DNA of 64,000 nt. Origin: the human T2T-CHM13v2.0 reference genome, Homo sapiens. Of this stretch, positions 14,374-26,925 are shown piece after piece. Position 1 is the stretch's first letter. Each line of letters starts with the position of its first letter. A program made the translations under genes and the position numbers. The notes below the pieces were generated by a model, which saw only the letters and a program-made list of their open reading frames with translations, was not told the origin of the DNA and made no database searches. The stretch lies in NCBI RefSeq assembly GCF_009914755.1, contig NC_060930.1. One strand, 5' to 3'.

Positions 14374-16363
14374 AAGCTCCGGTTTTTTTGATGTGTGATT
14401 TTTCTGACTTTTTCTCCTTCCTGCAAAGGAATTGCAAAAAATTTTCTGTTTCCCGGTTTTCTATTTCCCAGTCTGTTCCAACTTGACATGAAGGTAGTCA
14501 AGAATTAGGGCTTAGTCATGGGCAAGGCAGCTTACTTATGGAAGTTTGTAGCCATCTAGGGTTGCTCAAATCCATCACGTGAACTTCAGAGCATTTCTTA
14601 CCACAATTTATACTTGAAAAGGAAATACAACCAGGCACCTTCTGACCTCAATAACTAAACTCTTTTAGCTGTAATGTAGACCCCTTTAAAGGCACATTAC
14701 CACTTTTCAGGCCCTGGGTTGACATTCCAGTTTTCTGCACATACCAGAATGATAGAATAGACATCTAAAAGAGGCCTGCACTCAGTAAATATCTCCTTAG
14801 AGAAGATCTAATAAATAAATGCTAGAGGTACCCTCATTAATGGAAAATTGCTGCTACATCTATTTCTTTGGAGGATTTTTAGACTCAAGCAGGCAGATTC
14901 CTGTAAAGAATTTGGTTTAAAACAAAGCTGATATTTTAGAAACAATCTCTATTTTCTCCACAGAAAACATAAATATTTTTTAACAAGACATTTAAAATTG
15001 TGTTTTAGAGAAAAATCGGCTTAAAATTTGAGAATATTTTCGCCCATCCTTAGAAGAATTTTCTCTTCCCCTTAGAAAAATATTGCCTGAATATAAAAAG
15101 GGAATCTTACCTTGATTTCTCCATCTCTCAAATCTCAGAAGAAACAATGCCACTTTTAGCATTCTTGACTAGTAAGATTATTGGCTATATATTTTCTTAG
15201 CAAGGGTCACATGTTACATTTTTAATAGGTTCTATTACATAGGGCAGAGGTTATAGGCAAAGACTTCTCTAATGATCTTTCCACTTCCCTTCTCTACGGG
15301 GAATATTTAACTTAAAATATTGTGATTTAATCATATATAAAGAGAGAAGTGTTATTGTGAATCAAGCATTTGAACAATTTTATGTTTTCATATGAATATA
15401 GAGTGTTAAAATTATAAATAACATTTTAATTATACGGATGGAAAAACCTGGAAAGATCTCAACCCTATGAACATGAAGGATTTATACAAGATGATTTTGG
15501 AATCATCCCTTCTAGTCCTAAAATGTAATGACTTTCCTTAAATTCTTATGCTTTTGGACTATAAAAGCCCATTTCTATTTTAATGAGATAACTTTAAGTG
15601 GAGGGCTTTTCTTATTTGAATAGCTGTCCTGTTACGATTTGGGAGTTAAATATCAGATAATTAAAATTTAGTTGTTTACAGTTACTGAGATTTTTGCATT
15701 ATTTCCTCAGCAATAATTTTTTATATTTACAACCTCTATGTTAATGAACACACTATTTCATGAAGTGCTTTTGTAAAATGCTAACATAATTCTTTCCTCA
15801 TGTCTTTTTGGAGGTAGGAGACTCATATACTTTTTATCAGAGATGCTCATGAACTTGAAGGCCCAAATGAATAATAATATACAGATAATGAATTTCTACT
15901 TGACTTGAGCCATATCGCAATAAAGAAGGAAAAATGAAACAGGCTAGCCAGGAGGGTAGGAATAGACCAGTCACAATGCATCAAAAGGCAAATGATAGTA
16001 ATCAGAATCTCAAAGAATCATACAATGAGTCTTTTTAAAATACCACCACCACCTACTCCACTACTCTGGGCTTGTGTTAGCTGACAAGGCACATTGGTTT
16101 TCCCGTTTACTCACATTAAGCCCTGGGTAGGCACAACCAGAGAACATTTCAAATATGTATGGGTTATGAATAAGTGTGAGTCACCGACTTTTAGTCCAGC
16201 TGAAACTACATTGTCAGAAGAGTATTAAGCTGGCATTTGCAACCCACATACTTACCTTGTGCCTGACACTGTGTTCTGTATTTAGGACAAAGGCTTTTCT
16301 AGTCCATGCACTCAGGTAACTCACAATACAGTTGAAGAAAAGAGATAAGAACACAGACAACTA

Positions 16364-17463
16364 CAGTATTGCATCAGTACTAAGGCATGCATAGCACCCC
16401 CACCCCCAGCTGTCTTACCTCTTGGAAATCAGGTTGCATCTTACAATTGATGGTATCTTGCAAATGCCATGTCTAGGCTGCTGTCATAAGCAGTCTTGGT
16501 TTGTGTGGGTGCAAACTTGGTCATAGCTGTTGATCTTGTCTTCCCTTCATTGAGGTATGTGCACTGTTGATAATGCATGAGTTGAGTGAATTGCCATTTA
16601 AAATGCTTTAAATGTTACCTTATAATTCAGTATTAGAAAAAAAATTGTGGTATGTGCAAGAAGGGCTAGAAACAGTGCAGTGGGATGTATATTTAATGTC
16701 ACTGAGGTAAATATTTACCATTGGAAGGATGATTCTCATTTCTTATTTTCTTGCAAACCCATAATAAAATAATAATTATGGGTTCTAAGAAAGGAAAATA
16801 CATGTTGAATAAATTGTGTAAAATGTGGTGACTATGCTATGTGTCAAAGGATTGTCTATCACCTTGCTACAACCAAGTGTGGTCTCTGGATCAGGTACAG
16901 TCTCTGCATCAACATTACCTGAGAAGTTGTTAGATTTGGAGCATCTCAGGCGCCACACCAGACTTACAAAATCAGAATCTTCATTTTAAAGTCCGTAAAT
17001 GGTTCATATGACATAAAAGTCTGATAAATAATTATGTCACATGCCAAGCAATTCAATGAAAGTCAGGAAAAATTGCCTTTGAAGAGATGAAAGAAATTTC
17101 AAAACAACAAGGAGTTGATGTGACCAATTCACTCATGCAGGACTATCATTAAGGTGTCAAACTTCAATATCAGAAACTTCCTGCTGAGTTTGAACAGCAG
17201 TTGCCTAACTTCGTGTGACATGTATTTTGATTGAAGAAAAATGAAAACGATCAGTTTATTGAATAAAAAATGCTAACAAACCATGGGCTCTTTGATATGT
17301 CTCAGAATCACACTAAAAGAACCCTTTCAATACATATAAAATAAAAATTCTAAGTGATAAGGCTGTGTAATAATTTTACTGGCAGCTTTTTTTGTTCCTT
17401 GATGTTACATAAACTAATAGTGTGTTTTATAATTGATGGTGGCATAGACTTGATGAAAAACAG
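16364..17463 (+). mobile_element. Tc2/pogo-type DNA transposon (Kanga-like), internally deleted
   Basis: Degenerate TIRs CAGTATTGCATCAGTACTAAG / CATAGACTTGATGAAAAACAG with TA on both sides; transposase relics QKLPAEFEQQLPNF (from 17171) and FDMSQNHT. Confidence 0.75.
16865..17030 (+). mobile_element. MER5-type hAT-Charlie MITE nested in Kanga
   Basis: AAGTGTGGTC...CATCAACATTACCTGAGAAGTTGTTAGA...TCTCAGGCGCCACACCAGAC...AATCAGAATCT. Confidence 0.7.
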
Positions 17464-17848
17464 TATAATACAGTGTGATAGGTGCTATAATAGGAAGAAG
17501 TGGGAGATGCTATGGAGTAAATAGGTGGTAGTCATATCTCATAATCAAGGTTTGTTACCTTGAGCAAAAGTCAGTCAGATGGAGATGGGAATGAATTGAG
17601 GTGGGATGCAGGGAAGTTATTATTCCAAGAAGAGAGAATTACACATGCAAAGCCATCAAGGCTGTTTGTCAAGAAGCAGGTAGAGGGATTGAATCAGTTT
17701 TTAGGGGATGGGGGAGTTGGGATGCTGGATTGTGTTTTGCCTTAGCTTTGGTGTTACAGAGCAAAAGCAAAGGGAAATAGTACCTCCACATGTCAAAGGA
17801 AAATTTGGTGTCCAAAAGCTCCCATTCCCGCTAGGAGAACTGACCTTG

Positions 17849-18298
17849 TGTATTAGGGTTCTCTAGAGGGACAGAACGAATAGGATAGATGTATATACAT
17901 ACAGGGGAGTTTATTAAGGAGTATTAACTCACACAATCACAGGGTGAGGTCCCACAACAGGCTGTCTGAAAACTGAGGCGCAAGAAAGCCAGTCCAAATC
18001 CCAAAGCTGAAGAAATTTGACTCTGATATTTGAGGGCAGGAAGCATCCAGCACAGAAGAAAGATGGAGGCTGGGAGGCTAGGCCAGTCTAGTCTCTTCAC
18101 GTTCTTCTGTCTGCTTTTATTCTAGCTGCACTGGCAGCTGATTAGATTGTGCCCACCCAGATTGAGGGTGGGTCTGCCTTTCCCAGTCCACTGACTCAAA
18201 TGTTAATCTCCTTTGGCAACAACCTCACAGACACACCCGGGAACAATACTTTGCATCCCTCAATCCAATCAAGTTGACACTCAATATTAACCATCACA
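17849..18298 (-). mobile_element. MLT2A (HERV-L) solo LTR
   Basis: TGTATTAGGGTTCTCTAGAGGGACAGAAC...ATTAACCATCACA; perfect 5-bp TSD CCTTG (17844-17848, 18299-18303). Confidence 0.93.
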
Positions 18299-19629
18299 CC
18301 TTGTCTGGGATCAGTTTTGTGTAGAATTAGGTTCACGGATAAAGTTAGCTTTGTTCTCTTCCAGTATTTTCTTGAATGAGGATGGTTTCCACTTAAGGAA
18401 TAAAGACATTAGTTTTGATGGCTAAGAATGGAGTTTTCACTCAATCCTGTCTGCACATTGCCATCACCCCAAGTAATGCCTTAGCCACACTCACAGAAGT
18501 TTGATTAACTTGCTATGGAGAAGCATGAGCATTGGTATTTTTTATCCATTGTCTCCATGATACTACTGTGCAGTTTATTTAAAAAAATGGGCTTATGGTC
18601 AGGGAGGGTTAGGGCAGATGAACAGCTGGTCAGCAGAAAACAGGAACTGCAGCACCTATAAGGCTACAAATGAAGCAAAGCATCAGTCAAACACTTGGCC
18701 TCTTAGGGGAAACCATTTATTTGGGCAGATATGGTAGGGAAATGCGGGATAAATTTCTGCCATCATATGATAAGCCCTAGGATTTACCAAACACCTTGGA
18801 TCATCTTGGAATCCTCTCATTCTAAGATAACAGATCTCTCTTCTGGCCTCCTATGGGTGTTTGGATATAAAAGACAGATACACAACTTTCACATCCAGGC
18901 CCTCAGATACACATTTCCCAGGGTAGCCCTGAGGTGGTGCTGCTGTACTTGTGGTCACATCTTGGTTTGAAAACGCTGGTAGAGAGAGTGGAACTTTTCC
19001 CTTCTTTTCACAAAGAGTATGGGGCTTTTGCAAGGCCAAAAATAGAAAAAAAAAGCCTAAAGTTGGTGCCTACATGTTTGTGTGGAGCATTTAAGCTCAA
19101 ACAGGGCATATATATGTTGGGTAAGAAAGTGGATATTCATCCATAATGACAGTATACTGGTGATATCTCTGCTATGTCTTGACATAAATAGGATTCCTAT
19201 AGTTTTACCTTGCTCAGTTGCAGGAGTGGGAAAGGCAGCTGAGTGGGGAAACTGAGTCAATATATACAATGTTAACAGTAGACTTTTGAGCCAAAGGATG
19301 GGGTGGACACATTCAAGAATGAAAGGAATAGTGGGTTTGCAACCGTAGAGGCTGAGAGCAACATTAAGTAACAAGTCACAGACAGCACTGTTCTCTCAAC
19401 TCCCTCTGTGCAGTGCTAGTGTATATGAGTGGGGGTCCCCTGATAATGTCTACTCACACAGGAGCCAGCTTGAGTCAGTGGACAGCTGGGCTGACCCTAC
19501 CTGCATTTGTACTTCAAAGCTATGTGATACTTTAGTGTATTATAGGCTGCACTTGGAGGTGTGTTGTTTTGAAGACAGATTTGTGGCACAACCAGTGGAA
19601 TATTCTCTGCCCAAGAGTGGCGGCTGAGG

Positions 19630-22600
19630 CATCTAGCTTATTAAAAAGGCCTCCAAACTGGTCTCCCTGCCTCCACCCTTGCCCCTCACAACTCTACTCT
19701 CAACAAAACAATAGAAATGATCACTTGAGAATCAAACTCTGTCTTCTCTACTCAAAAACCCTTCTATGGCTCCTCTACTCAGGCTGAAAGTCAAGGTCAG
19801 TACCATGGCCTCTAAGGCCCTTTGTGATTTGTGTCCCCTCCCCTACTCCTCTGACTTCATCTCCTCTTACTGGTCCACACTTCTGCCCCAGGGCCTTTGC
19901 ATTTGCTTGTCTTTCTGCTTAAAATACTCTTCCCTATATATTTTGGGGAGCTCATTCTTCTTCTCCTTTAAATCTTTGTTTGAGTGTCATCTTTGCAGAA
20001 AGGCTTTCCTTGACCACCGATTTCGATTTAAAGTGACATCTGACTGAGCCAGAAAGAAATAGATTCCCTGAATAGATAAATAATGAGCTCTGAAATTGAA
20101 TCAGTAATAAATAGCCTACCAACTAAAAAAGCCTCAGGATCTCATGGATTCATAGTAGCATTCTACCAGATACATAAAGAAGAGCTGGTATTATTCTTAC
20201 AGAAACTATTCCAAAAAATTGAGGAGGGACTTCTTCCCAACTCATTCTATGAGGCCAGCATCATCTTGATACCAAAATTTGGCAGAGACACAACAAAAAA
20301 GAAAACTTCAAGCCAATATCCTTGATGAACATTGATGGAAAAATTCTCAACAAAGTACTTGCAAACCGAATCCAGCAGCACCTGAAAAGGTTAATCCACC
20401 ATGATCAAGTAGGCTTCATCTCTGGGAGACAGTGTTGGTTCATGAATAAATGTGATTCATCACATAAACAGAACTAAAGACAAAAACTACATGATTATCT
20501 CAATAGATGTGGAAAAGACTTTTGAAATAATTCAACATCCCTTCAAGTTAACAAGTCTCAAAAACTAGGTATTGGAGGAGCATGTTTCAAAATAATAAGA
20601 GCCATCTATGACAAACCCACAACAAACATCATAGTGAACAGGCAAAAGCTAGAAGCATTCCCCTTGAAAACTGGCACAAGACAAGAATGCCTTTTCTCAC
20701 CACTGCTATTCAACATAGTATTGGAAGTCCTAGTCAGAGCAATCAGGCAAGAGAAAGAAATGAAGGGCATTCGAATAGAAAGAGAATTCAAAGTATCTCT
20801 GTTTGCAGAAGGTATGATTCTATATCTAGAAAACTCCATAGTCTCAGCCCAAAAGCTCCTTCAGCTGAAAAACAACTTCAACAAAGTTGCAGGATACAAA
20901 ATCAATGTACAAGAATCACTAGCATTCCTACACACCAACATCAACCAAACTGAGACTCAAATCAGAAAGGCAATCCAATTCACAATTGCCACACATACAA
21001 AATAAAATACCTAGGAACACAGATAAGCAGGGAAGTAAAAGATCTCTACAATGAGAACTACAAAACACTGCTCAAATAAATCAGAGAAGACACAAACAAA
21101 TGTAAAAACATCCCATGCTCATGGGTAGGAAGAAGCAATATCTCTAAAATGGCTATACTGCCCAAAGCAATTTCCAGATTCAATGTTATTCCTATCAAAC
21201 TACCAACTTCATTTTTCACAAGGCTAAACAAAATTATTTAAAAATTTATGTGGAACCAAAAAAAGAGCCCGAATAGCCAAGGCAATCCTAGGCAAAAAGA
21301 ACAATGCAGGAGGCGTCATGTTACCCGACTTCAAACTATTCTACAAGGCTACAGTGACCAAAACAGCATGGTACTGGTACAAAAGCAGGCAAATAGACCA
21401 ATGGAACAGAATGGAGACCCCAGAAATAAGGCTGCATATCTATGACCAACTGATCTTCGACAAAACTGATAAAAATAAGCAATGGGGAAAAGACTCCCTT
21501 TTCAATAAATGGTGCTGGGATAACTGGCTAGCCATATGCAGAAGATTGAAGCTGGACCTCTTCCTTATACCCTAAAATCAATTCAAAATGGATTAAAGAC
21601 TTAAATGTAAAACCTCAAACTATAAAAACCCTGGAAGACAACCTAGACAATACTATCCTGGACCTAGGAATGGGCGAAGATTTCACAACAAAGACACCAA
21701 AAGCAATTGCAACAAAAGCAAAAGTTGACAAGTGGGATCTAATTAGGTCAAAGAACTTCTGCACAGCAAAAGAAACTATCATCAAAGTAAACAGACAAGC
21801 TACAGAATGGGAGAAAATATTTACAAACTATGCATCTGAGAAAGGTCTAATATCCAGCATCTATAAGGAACTTAAACACATTTACAAGAGAAAAAACAAC
21901 CCTATCAAAAAGTGGGCAAAGGACGTGACCACTTTCAAAAAGAAGACATGCATATGGGCAAGAAGCATATGAGAAAAAGCTCAATATCACTGATTATTAG
22001 AGAAAAGCAATGAAAACCACAATAAGATACCATCTCACATCAGTCAGAATGGCTATTATTAAAAAGTCAAAAAATAACAGATGCGGGGGAGGTTGTGGAG
22101 AAAAGGGAATACTTTATTACACTGTTGGTGGGAGTGTAAATTAGTTCAACCATTGTGGAAGGCAGTATGGCATTTCCTCAAAGAGTTAAAAGCAGAACTA
22201 CCATTTGACCCAGTAATCCCATTACTGGGTATATACCCAGAGGAATATAAATCATTCTACCATAAAGACACATGCACGCAAATGTTTATTGTCTCACAAT
22301 ACCAAAGACATGGAATAAACCTAAGTGCCCATCAGTGACTGACTAGATAAAGGAAATGTGGCACATACGCACCATGGAATATTATGCAGCCATAAAAAAG
22401 AATGAGATCATGTCTTTTGTGGGAACATGGATGGAGCTGGAGACTGTCATCGTTAGCAAACTAACACAGGAACAGGAAACCAAATACTGCATATTCTCAC
22501 TTATAACTGGGAGCTATATGATAAGAACTTATGAACACACAGAAGGAAACAACAGACACTGGGGTCTACTTGAAGGGGGAGGGTAGGAGGAGGAAGAGAA

Positions 22601-22950
22601 GAAGAAAAGATAACTATTGGGTACTCTGTTTAATACCTGGGTGGTGTAATAATATGTACAACAAACCCCTATGACATATGTATATCTATGTAACAAACCT
22701 TCACATATACCCCAAAACTAAAATAAAAATTAAAAAAATTAAAAAAATTAAAATTCATGAAAAAAAAAGTGACACCCAACACTTCCTAACCCATGTCACT
22801 GCTTTATTTTTCTATTTTCTTCATTCATTCATTCATAAGTTCCATGAGAGCAGGGCTTTTTCTCTTTTGTTTTCTGCTACAGGAACAGTAAGTGCCTAGA
22901 ACAATAAGTGGTGATTAAGAACTAGCTCCTTGCTGAATAAATGAAAGAAT
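19630..22950 (+). mobile_element. L2 3' region split by an L1PA insertion
   Basis: GCCTCCAAACTGGTCTCCCTGCCTCC...CAGGGCCTTTGCATTTGC; resumes ~22775; ends TGCTGAATAAATGAA. Confidence 0.7.
20041..22766 (+). mobile_element. 5'-truncated L1 (L1PA11-13-like), decayed ORF2 RT/C-terminus, 3'UTR and A-tail
   Basis: ORF2 peptides [32 protein letters not shown] with frameshifts; TSD AAAGTGACA. Confidence 0.95.
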
Positions 22951-23364
22951 ATGTGTATTATCCCAAACCATAATGTTTCTTGGTGTCAGTAACACTGGGA
23001 GTGGGCACTGACCACGTGGTCCACATGCAGAATATGCACAGCTATCCTCGCTGGTGACCTTCTTGCTTTGTGGATGTCAAAGAAAGTAGACAGCTATATG
23101 GACTCTGCCACCTGGATAACTCTAGAGGTGAGTGGTAGGGGTTATGAACAGCACTGAGGAGCTGGGAGTGGCTGTTTGTTGGGTTTCTAGCTTCAGGACA
23201 AGTTCTATGAGTTTCCTGAGCCCTCATGATCTAAAACTATGAAGCATGATGGTGCTGGGGTGAATACTCATTGTGTTGCTTGCTCGGTACTCACTATCCT
23301 AACTTTGTTCTGAAGGACCCATTTCTCCCTCACTCTGTGTGTTTCAAGTAAAATATGTACTGAA

Positions 23365-23627
23365 GAAAATGCCACCTATTTTTATAAATACTGTGAACTA
23401 AGAATGATTTTTATATTTTTAAGTGGCTTCAACAAAAATCAAAATAATAATATCTAAATTTCAGTGCCCATAAAGTTTTATTGTAACTTAGCCATGCTAA
23501 TCCATTTATGCATGGCTGCTTTTGCTCTACAATGGTGGAGGTCAGTAGTTGTGACAGAGACCATGTGGCCTGCAAAGCCATAAATATTTACTATCTGGTC
23601 CTCTATGGCAAAAGTTTGCCAGCCTCC
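23365..23627 (+). mobile_element. MER58-type hAT-Charlie MITE
   Basis: AAAGTTTTATTG...GTAGTTGTGACAGAGACCATGTGGCCTGCAAAGCC...AAAGTTTGCC. Confidence 0.8.
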
Positions 23628-23639
23628 ACCTCAGACTGT

Positions 23640-23960
23640 CGCTGTGGTTAGAGTCCTATGATCACAGTGGGTGGTTCAGCACAAGACCCAGGTTTAAACG
23701 TCTGGTCTTTTCTTTGAACTACTTGGGAAGCTAGCTCTAGCTAGCTAGCTAGCTAGCTAGCTCTTCTGCTGCCTCAGGTGAGAAACTGAGGATGTCAGGA
23801 AGCATCAGGCAGCCCCTAAGGATGAGGTCGTAATCAAGCTTGATTGAAACCATTCCAACTCTAGAATTTTCAGCTGTGCCAATCAATACATTTTCTTTAA
23901 TCTTAAATTAGCTAGCATTTTAAGATCTTTGTTGCTTACAGCCAAAGAAACTTAACTGAT
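23640..23960 (+). mobile_element. Old MaLR (MLT1) LTR remnant
   Basis: AATTTTCAGCTGTGCCAATCAATACATTTTCTT...TTGCTTACAGCCAAAGAAACTTAACTGATA 3' end. Confidence 0.55.
23737..23762. repeat. (CTAG)6 self-complementary tetranucleotide repeat
   Basis: Directly visible. Confidence 0.95.
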
Positions 23961-24819
23961 AAAGTCATTTGGAAGAAATCCTACTCCAGGTATACAGGGA
24001 ACAGAATTAATGAGTTCCCAAGATGATTGCCTTATGGTGGCAACAGCAGTTGCCTGGCAGAAGATAGGAAATCTGTCTTAATAGTGCCTTCTAGGACCCA
24101 AATTTGTCCTGCTCTGGTAGAAATCCTAGAAGATCAGGAATACAGGAGATGCAATTAGTGTTTAGGATCTTCATTTAACAGCACACATCTGTGTCTTCCC
24201 TTGGCATAAATACTGGGAGAATGCAGTACTCAGGATTTTTATATCCTCTTATTGGAATTACCCACATAATATATGATTTATTGCCTATAGACTTCTCAAT
24301 TTCTATGTACACAATAGCAGCACTACCATATTTTTTAATTCAAATGAAATGCATGAAGATGTTTGGGTAGAAGTAATAGAAAAGTTTAGTAATGAATAAT
24401 GTTTCATTATTCTGTCTGTATTTTCTGAACATCAGTCATTATCAAATATAGACTCATAATCAAATAATAATACATACACCTACAATATTTTGATTATGAT
24501 GTTTTTAGAAACATACATCTCTTTTCCCTCCTACTGATTAATCTCCTTGCTGTTTAAGCAGCAAAGCTGCTTTCCACTCAGTATCTCAGGGAAAGGATAT
24601 GACATGGTAGACAACAGAAAACAAATGAAACAACTCCCCCACACTCCCCAAATTCAGGAAACTTCCTGGCAAAAAGCTCACTCCTTTAGGACAATAGAGA
24701 GTCTCTGGGTAGAGCCAAATTATATAAGAGAAACATCAAGGGTGACTGTTGCTTTCGCCTTCTGGAGAGGAAAAGATTCCCAGGGGTTTATATAGAAAAG
24801 GAAGGGGAAAAGAGGGAAC

Positions 24820-25230
24820 AGGGAGGATGTGGTGGCAGTGCGTTTGGATGGGTTTCAAAGAGGGAGCCCCAGTTCCATCAAGGACCTTGGAGCCCCTGGA
24901 GGCTTCTCCCTCGGGTTCTGTGGGGCCAAGGAGAGGCGTCCCCTCAATCCCACCTGGATTCCCTGCTGGATCAGCCCTAGAAGGAAGCTTCCTGGGGCTG
25001 CTCCCACTTCTGCTTAAGTGTGGCTACACCGTGGAGGGTGGGTCCTTAGGAATGTGGCAAGGGCAGCAAGATTGAGGGGGCCATAGTGGTGCGGGCATGT
25101 GGAGGGGGCACAGGCTTTGGCCCGCGGGCCTGTGTTCCTATCCCTCCCTCTGTCGTTCCCTGTGACCAATGGGCGGAGGGCCCATTCTTGGCAGAAACCC
25201 AGGGAAGTGGCAAAATTCCCAGACAGTGTT
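24820..25230. promoter_or_regulatory. GC-rich promoter/enhancer-like patch with adjacent CCAAT and GC boxes
   Basis: GC-rich with ~9 CpGs against AT-rich flanks; CCAAT 25166-25170 abutting GGGCGG 25171-25176; GGAAGT 25203-25208. Confidence 0.35.
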
Positions 25231-25988
25231 GTGAGAGCAGTAGAATGTTCACAACCTCCTACCCTTGCCCTAGCATCAGGGTTTGACAGAAAAATTAGAT
25301 TGAATGAAATAAAAATATTTCTCACCCACTTGCGTTCATGGATGGAGATTGATGACCTTCTAGGTCAGACACATTTGTTTCCATTAGTGTGGAAAATCAA
25401 GAGTTGACTTCACTCCTCAGTTCTTCCAAGGGTGACAGTTAAATTTTGGCTGCACACCAGCAGCCAATGGCATGCAAGTGTTAGAGCAGGTTATCTGCAT
25501 TTCATGTGCTGGATTTTGCTTCACTGCAATGCACTATTGTTCATTTTGAAGAACTGCTTTTTCTTCATTTGATTATGAAGTCCATTCTTCACTGAGAAAG
25601 GGTGAATCACTGGGTTTCATTATGGAGCTCTTGAAGTTCAGGGAGAGCGATTTTCATACTAAGTTCATTTTCTTTAACATATAACCAGTGAAATAATAGA
25701 ACAAAAATACATTTATCTTTTATAATTGTTTCCCTCCTCTAAGACATAACAGTATTAACATAACAGCTATACTGCATAATTCTTCTTCAACCAAAGAACA
25801 AGAAGATTAATCTATTCTATTTATTTATAAAATCTCCTGATATTTCTGATACTGGTTTTTCCCGTCATTCACCTGGTGGAAAAAGCAAGGTGGGGAAATA
25901 AACGATGGTGACAGCTTTTTGCTGGCAATGCAGAATGAGGCCCTTGATGTTATTGTGGCCCAAGGGAAAGTGTGAGTACTATATTCAT

Positions 25989-26219
25989 CAGCAGTTCTCA
26001 ATCGGGCTATTTTGCACATTAGGGGCTATTTGGCAATTTTGGGAGATATTTTTGATTGTCAAAACTGGTGAGGTGGGTAAGGTGGAAGGTATGCTACTGG
26101 CATCTAGTGAGAAGCGAGATGAAGCTAAACATCCTACAATGCAGAAGATAGCCCCAGCCCCTGGCAAATAGTTATCTGGCCCAAAATGTCAATAATAATT
26201 CCAAGGTTGAGAGACTCTG
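25989..26219 (+). mobile_element. MER20 hAT-Charlie element
   Basis: CAGCAGTTCTCAATCGGG...GCTACTGGCATCTAGTG...CCAAGGTTGAGAGACTCTG. Confidence 0.88.
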
Positions 26220-26716
26220 ATATAAAGTAATCAGGAAAGGAGGAAAGATCTGAGTATGTTAGGATGATTGGCAGGGTTTTTGCAGACTGAGAAGAGCCAT
26301 ATGGACATTTGTTGAAAAAGGGGGAAAGAGAGACACCTGAAGAGTTGGATAATTCTTTTATACTATGTAAGGCATATTTTAAAGGGCTACCGTTTTTAGA
26401 GGGTACGTTCTTACCAACTTTTTAAGGAGAGGATAAAATTCTGTGAAATCAATATTATGGTTATTAAAAGCACAAAAGGACCATAATTGTTTCATGATTT
26501 GTCTTGCTAATTTCACATACTATGATGTTTTATGTGCTGAGTGGAGATAAATGTGTAAACAAAAATACGAAGGTGACAAAGCATGGTATATTTCTACCTG
26601 GCTAGGTTGTATAGGCCAGTGAATGTCTAGGGGAAGGGTGGTCCTGGAGCCAGGTGAGAGAGATCTTGAATGGAAAGTTACAGAGTTTGAATCAATTCAT
26701 TAGAAATGGAGGCAGG

Positions 26717-26925
26717 TGTATTATAGGGTTCTCCAGGTAAACAGAATCAATAGGGTGGGGAGGGAGGGAAAGAGAGAGAGAGAGAGAGAGAGATGAGAGA
26801 GATTTAGTTTTCAATTGAGGGAGCTGGCAAGTCCTAGATTTGTATGACGGGCAAGCTGGAGATTCAGGTCAGAGTTGATATTGCAATCTTAAGTCTGGAA
26901 ACTCTTCTGCATCTGGAGGCAGAAT
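26717..26925 (-). mobile_element. MLT2 LTR fragment with (GA)n
   Basis: GGGTTCTCCAGGTAAACAGAATCAATAGG + (AG)n + GCAAGCTGGAGATTCAGG. Confidence 0.7.

Larger units (their letters stand above)
16230..17700 (-). mobile_element. L2 remnant split by the Kanga insertion
   Basis: ...ACAGACAACTA | TAATACAGTGTGATAGGTGCTAT joins into contiguous L2-like sequence. Confidence 0.55.

Noticed and set aside
16250-16260. Isolated strong minus-strand splice donors (also ~61522 and ~63753)
   Set aside because: AG|GTAAG is expected several times per strand in 64 kb; no matching acceptor or recognisable coding frame.
20083-22586. Several ORFs with RT-like peptides
   Set aside because: Frameshifted fragments of L1 ORF2, not a host gene or an active retroelement.
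24749-25407. Overlapping ~100-aa ORFs and a possible CpG island
   Set aside because: GC-richness lowers stop frequency; no recognisable homology; ~9 CpGs in 400 bp is too few for a CpG island.
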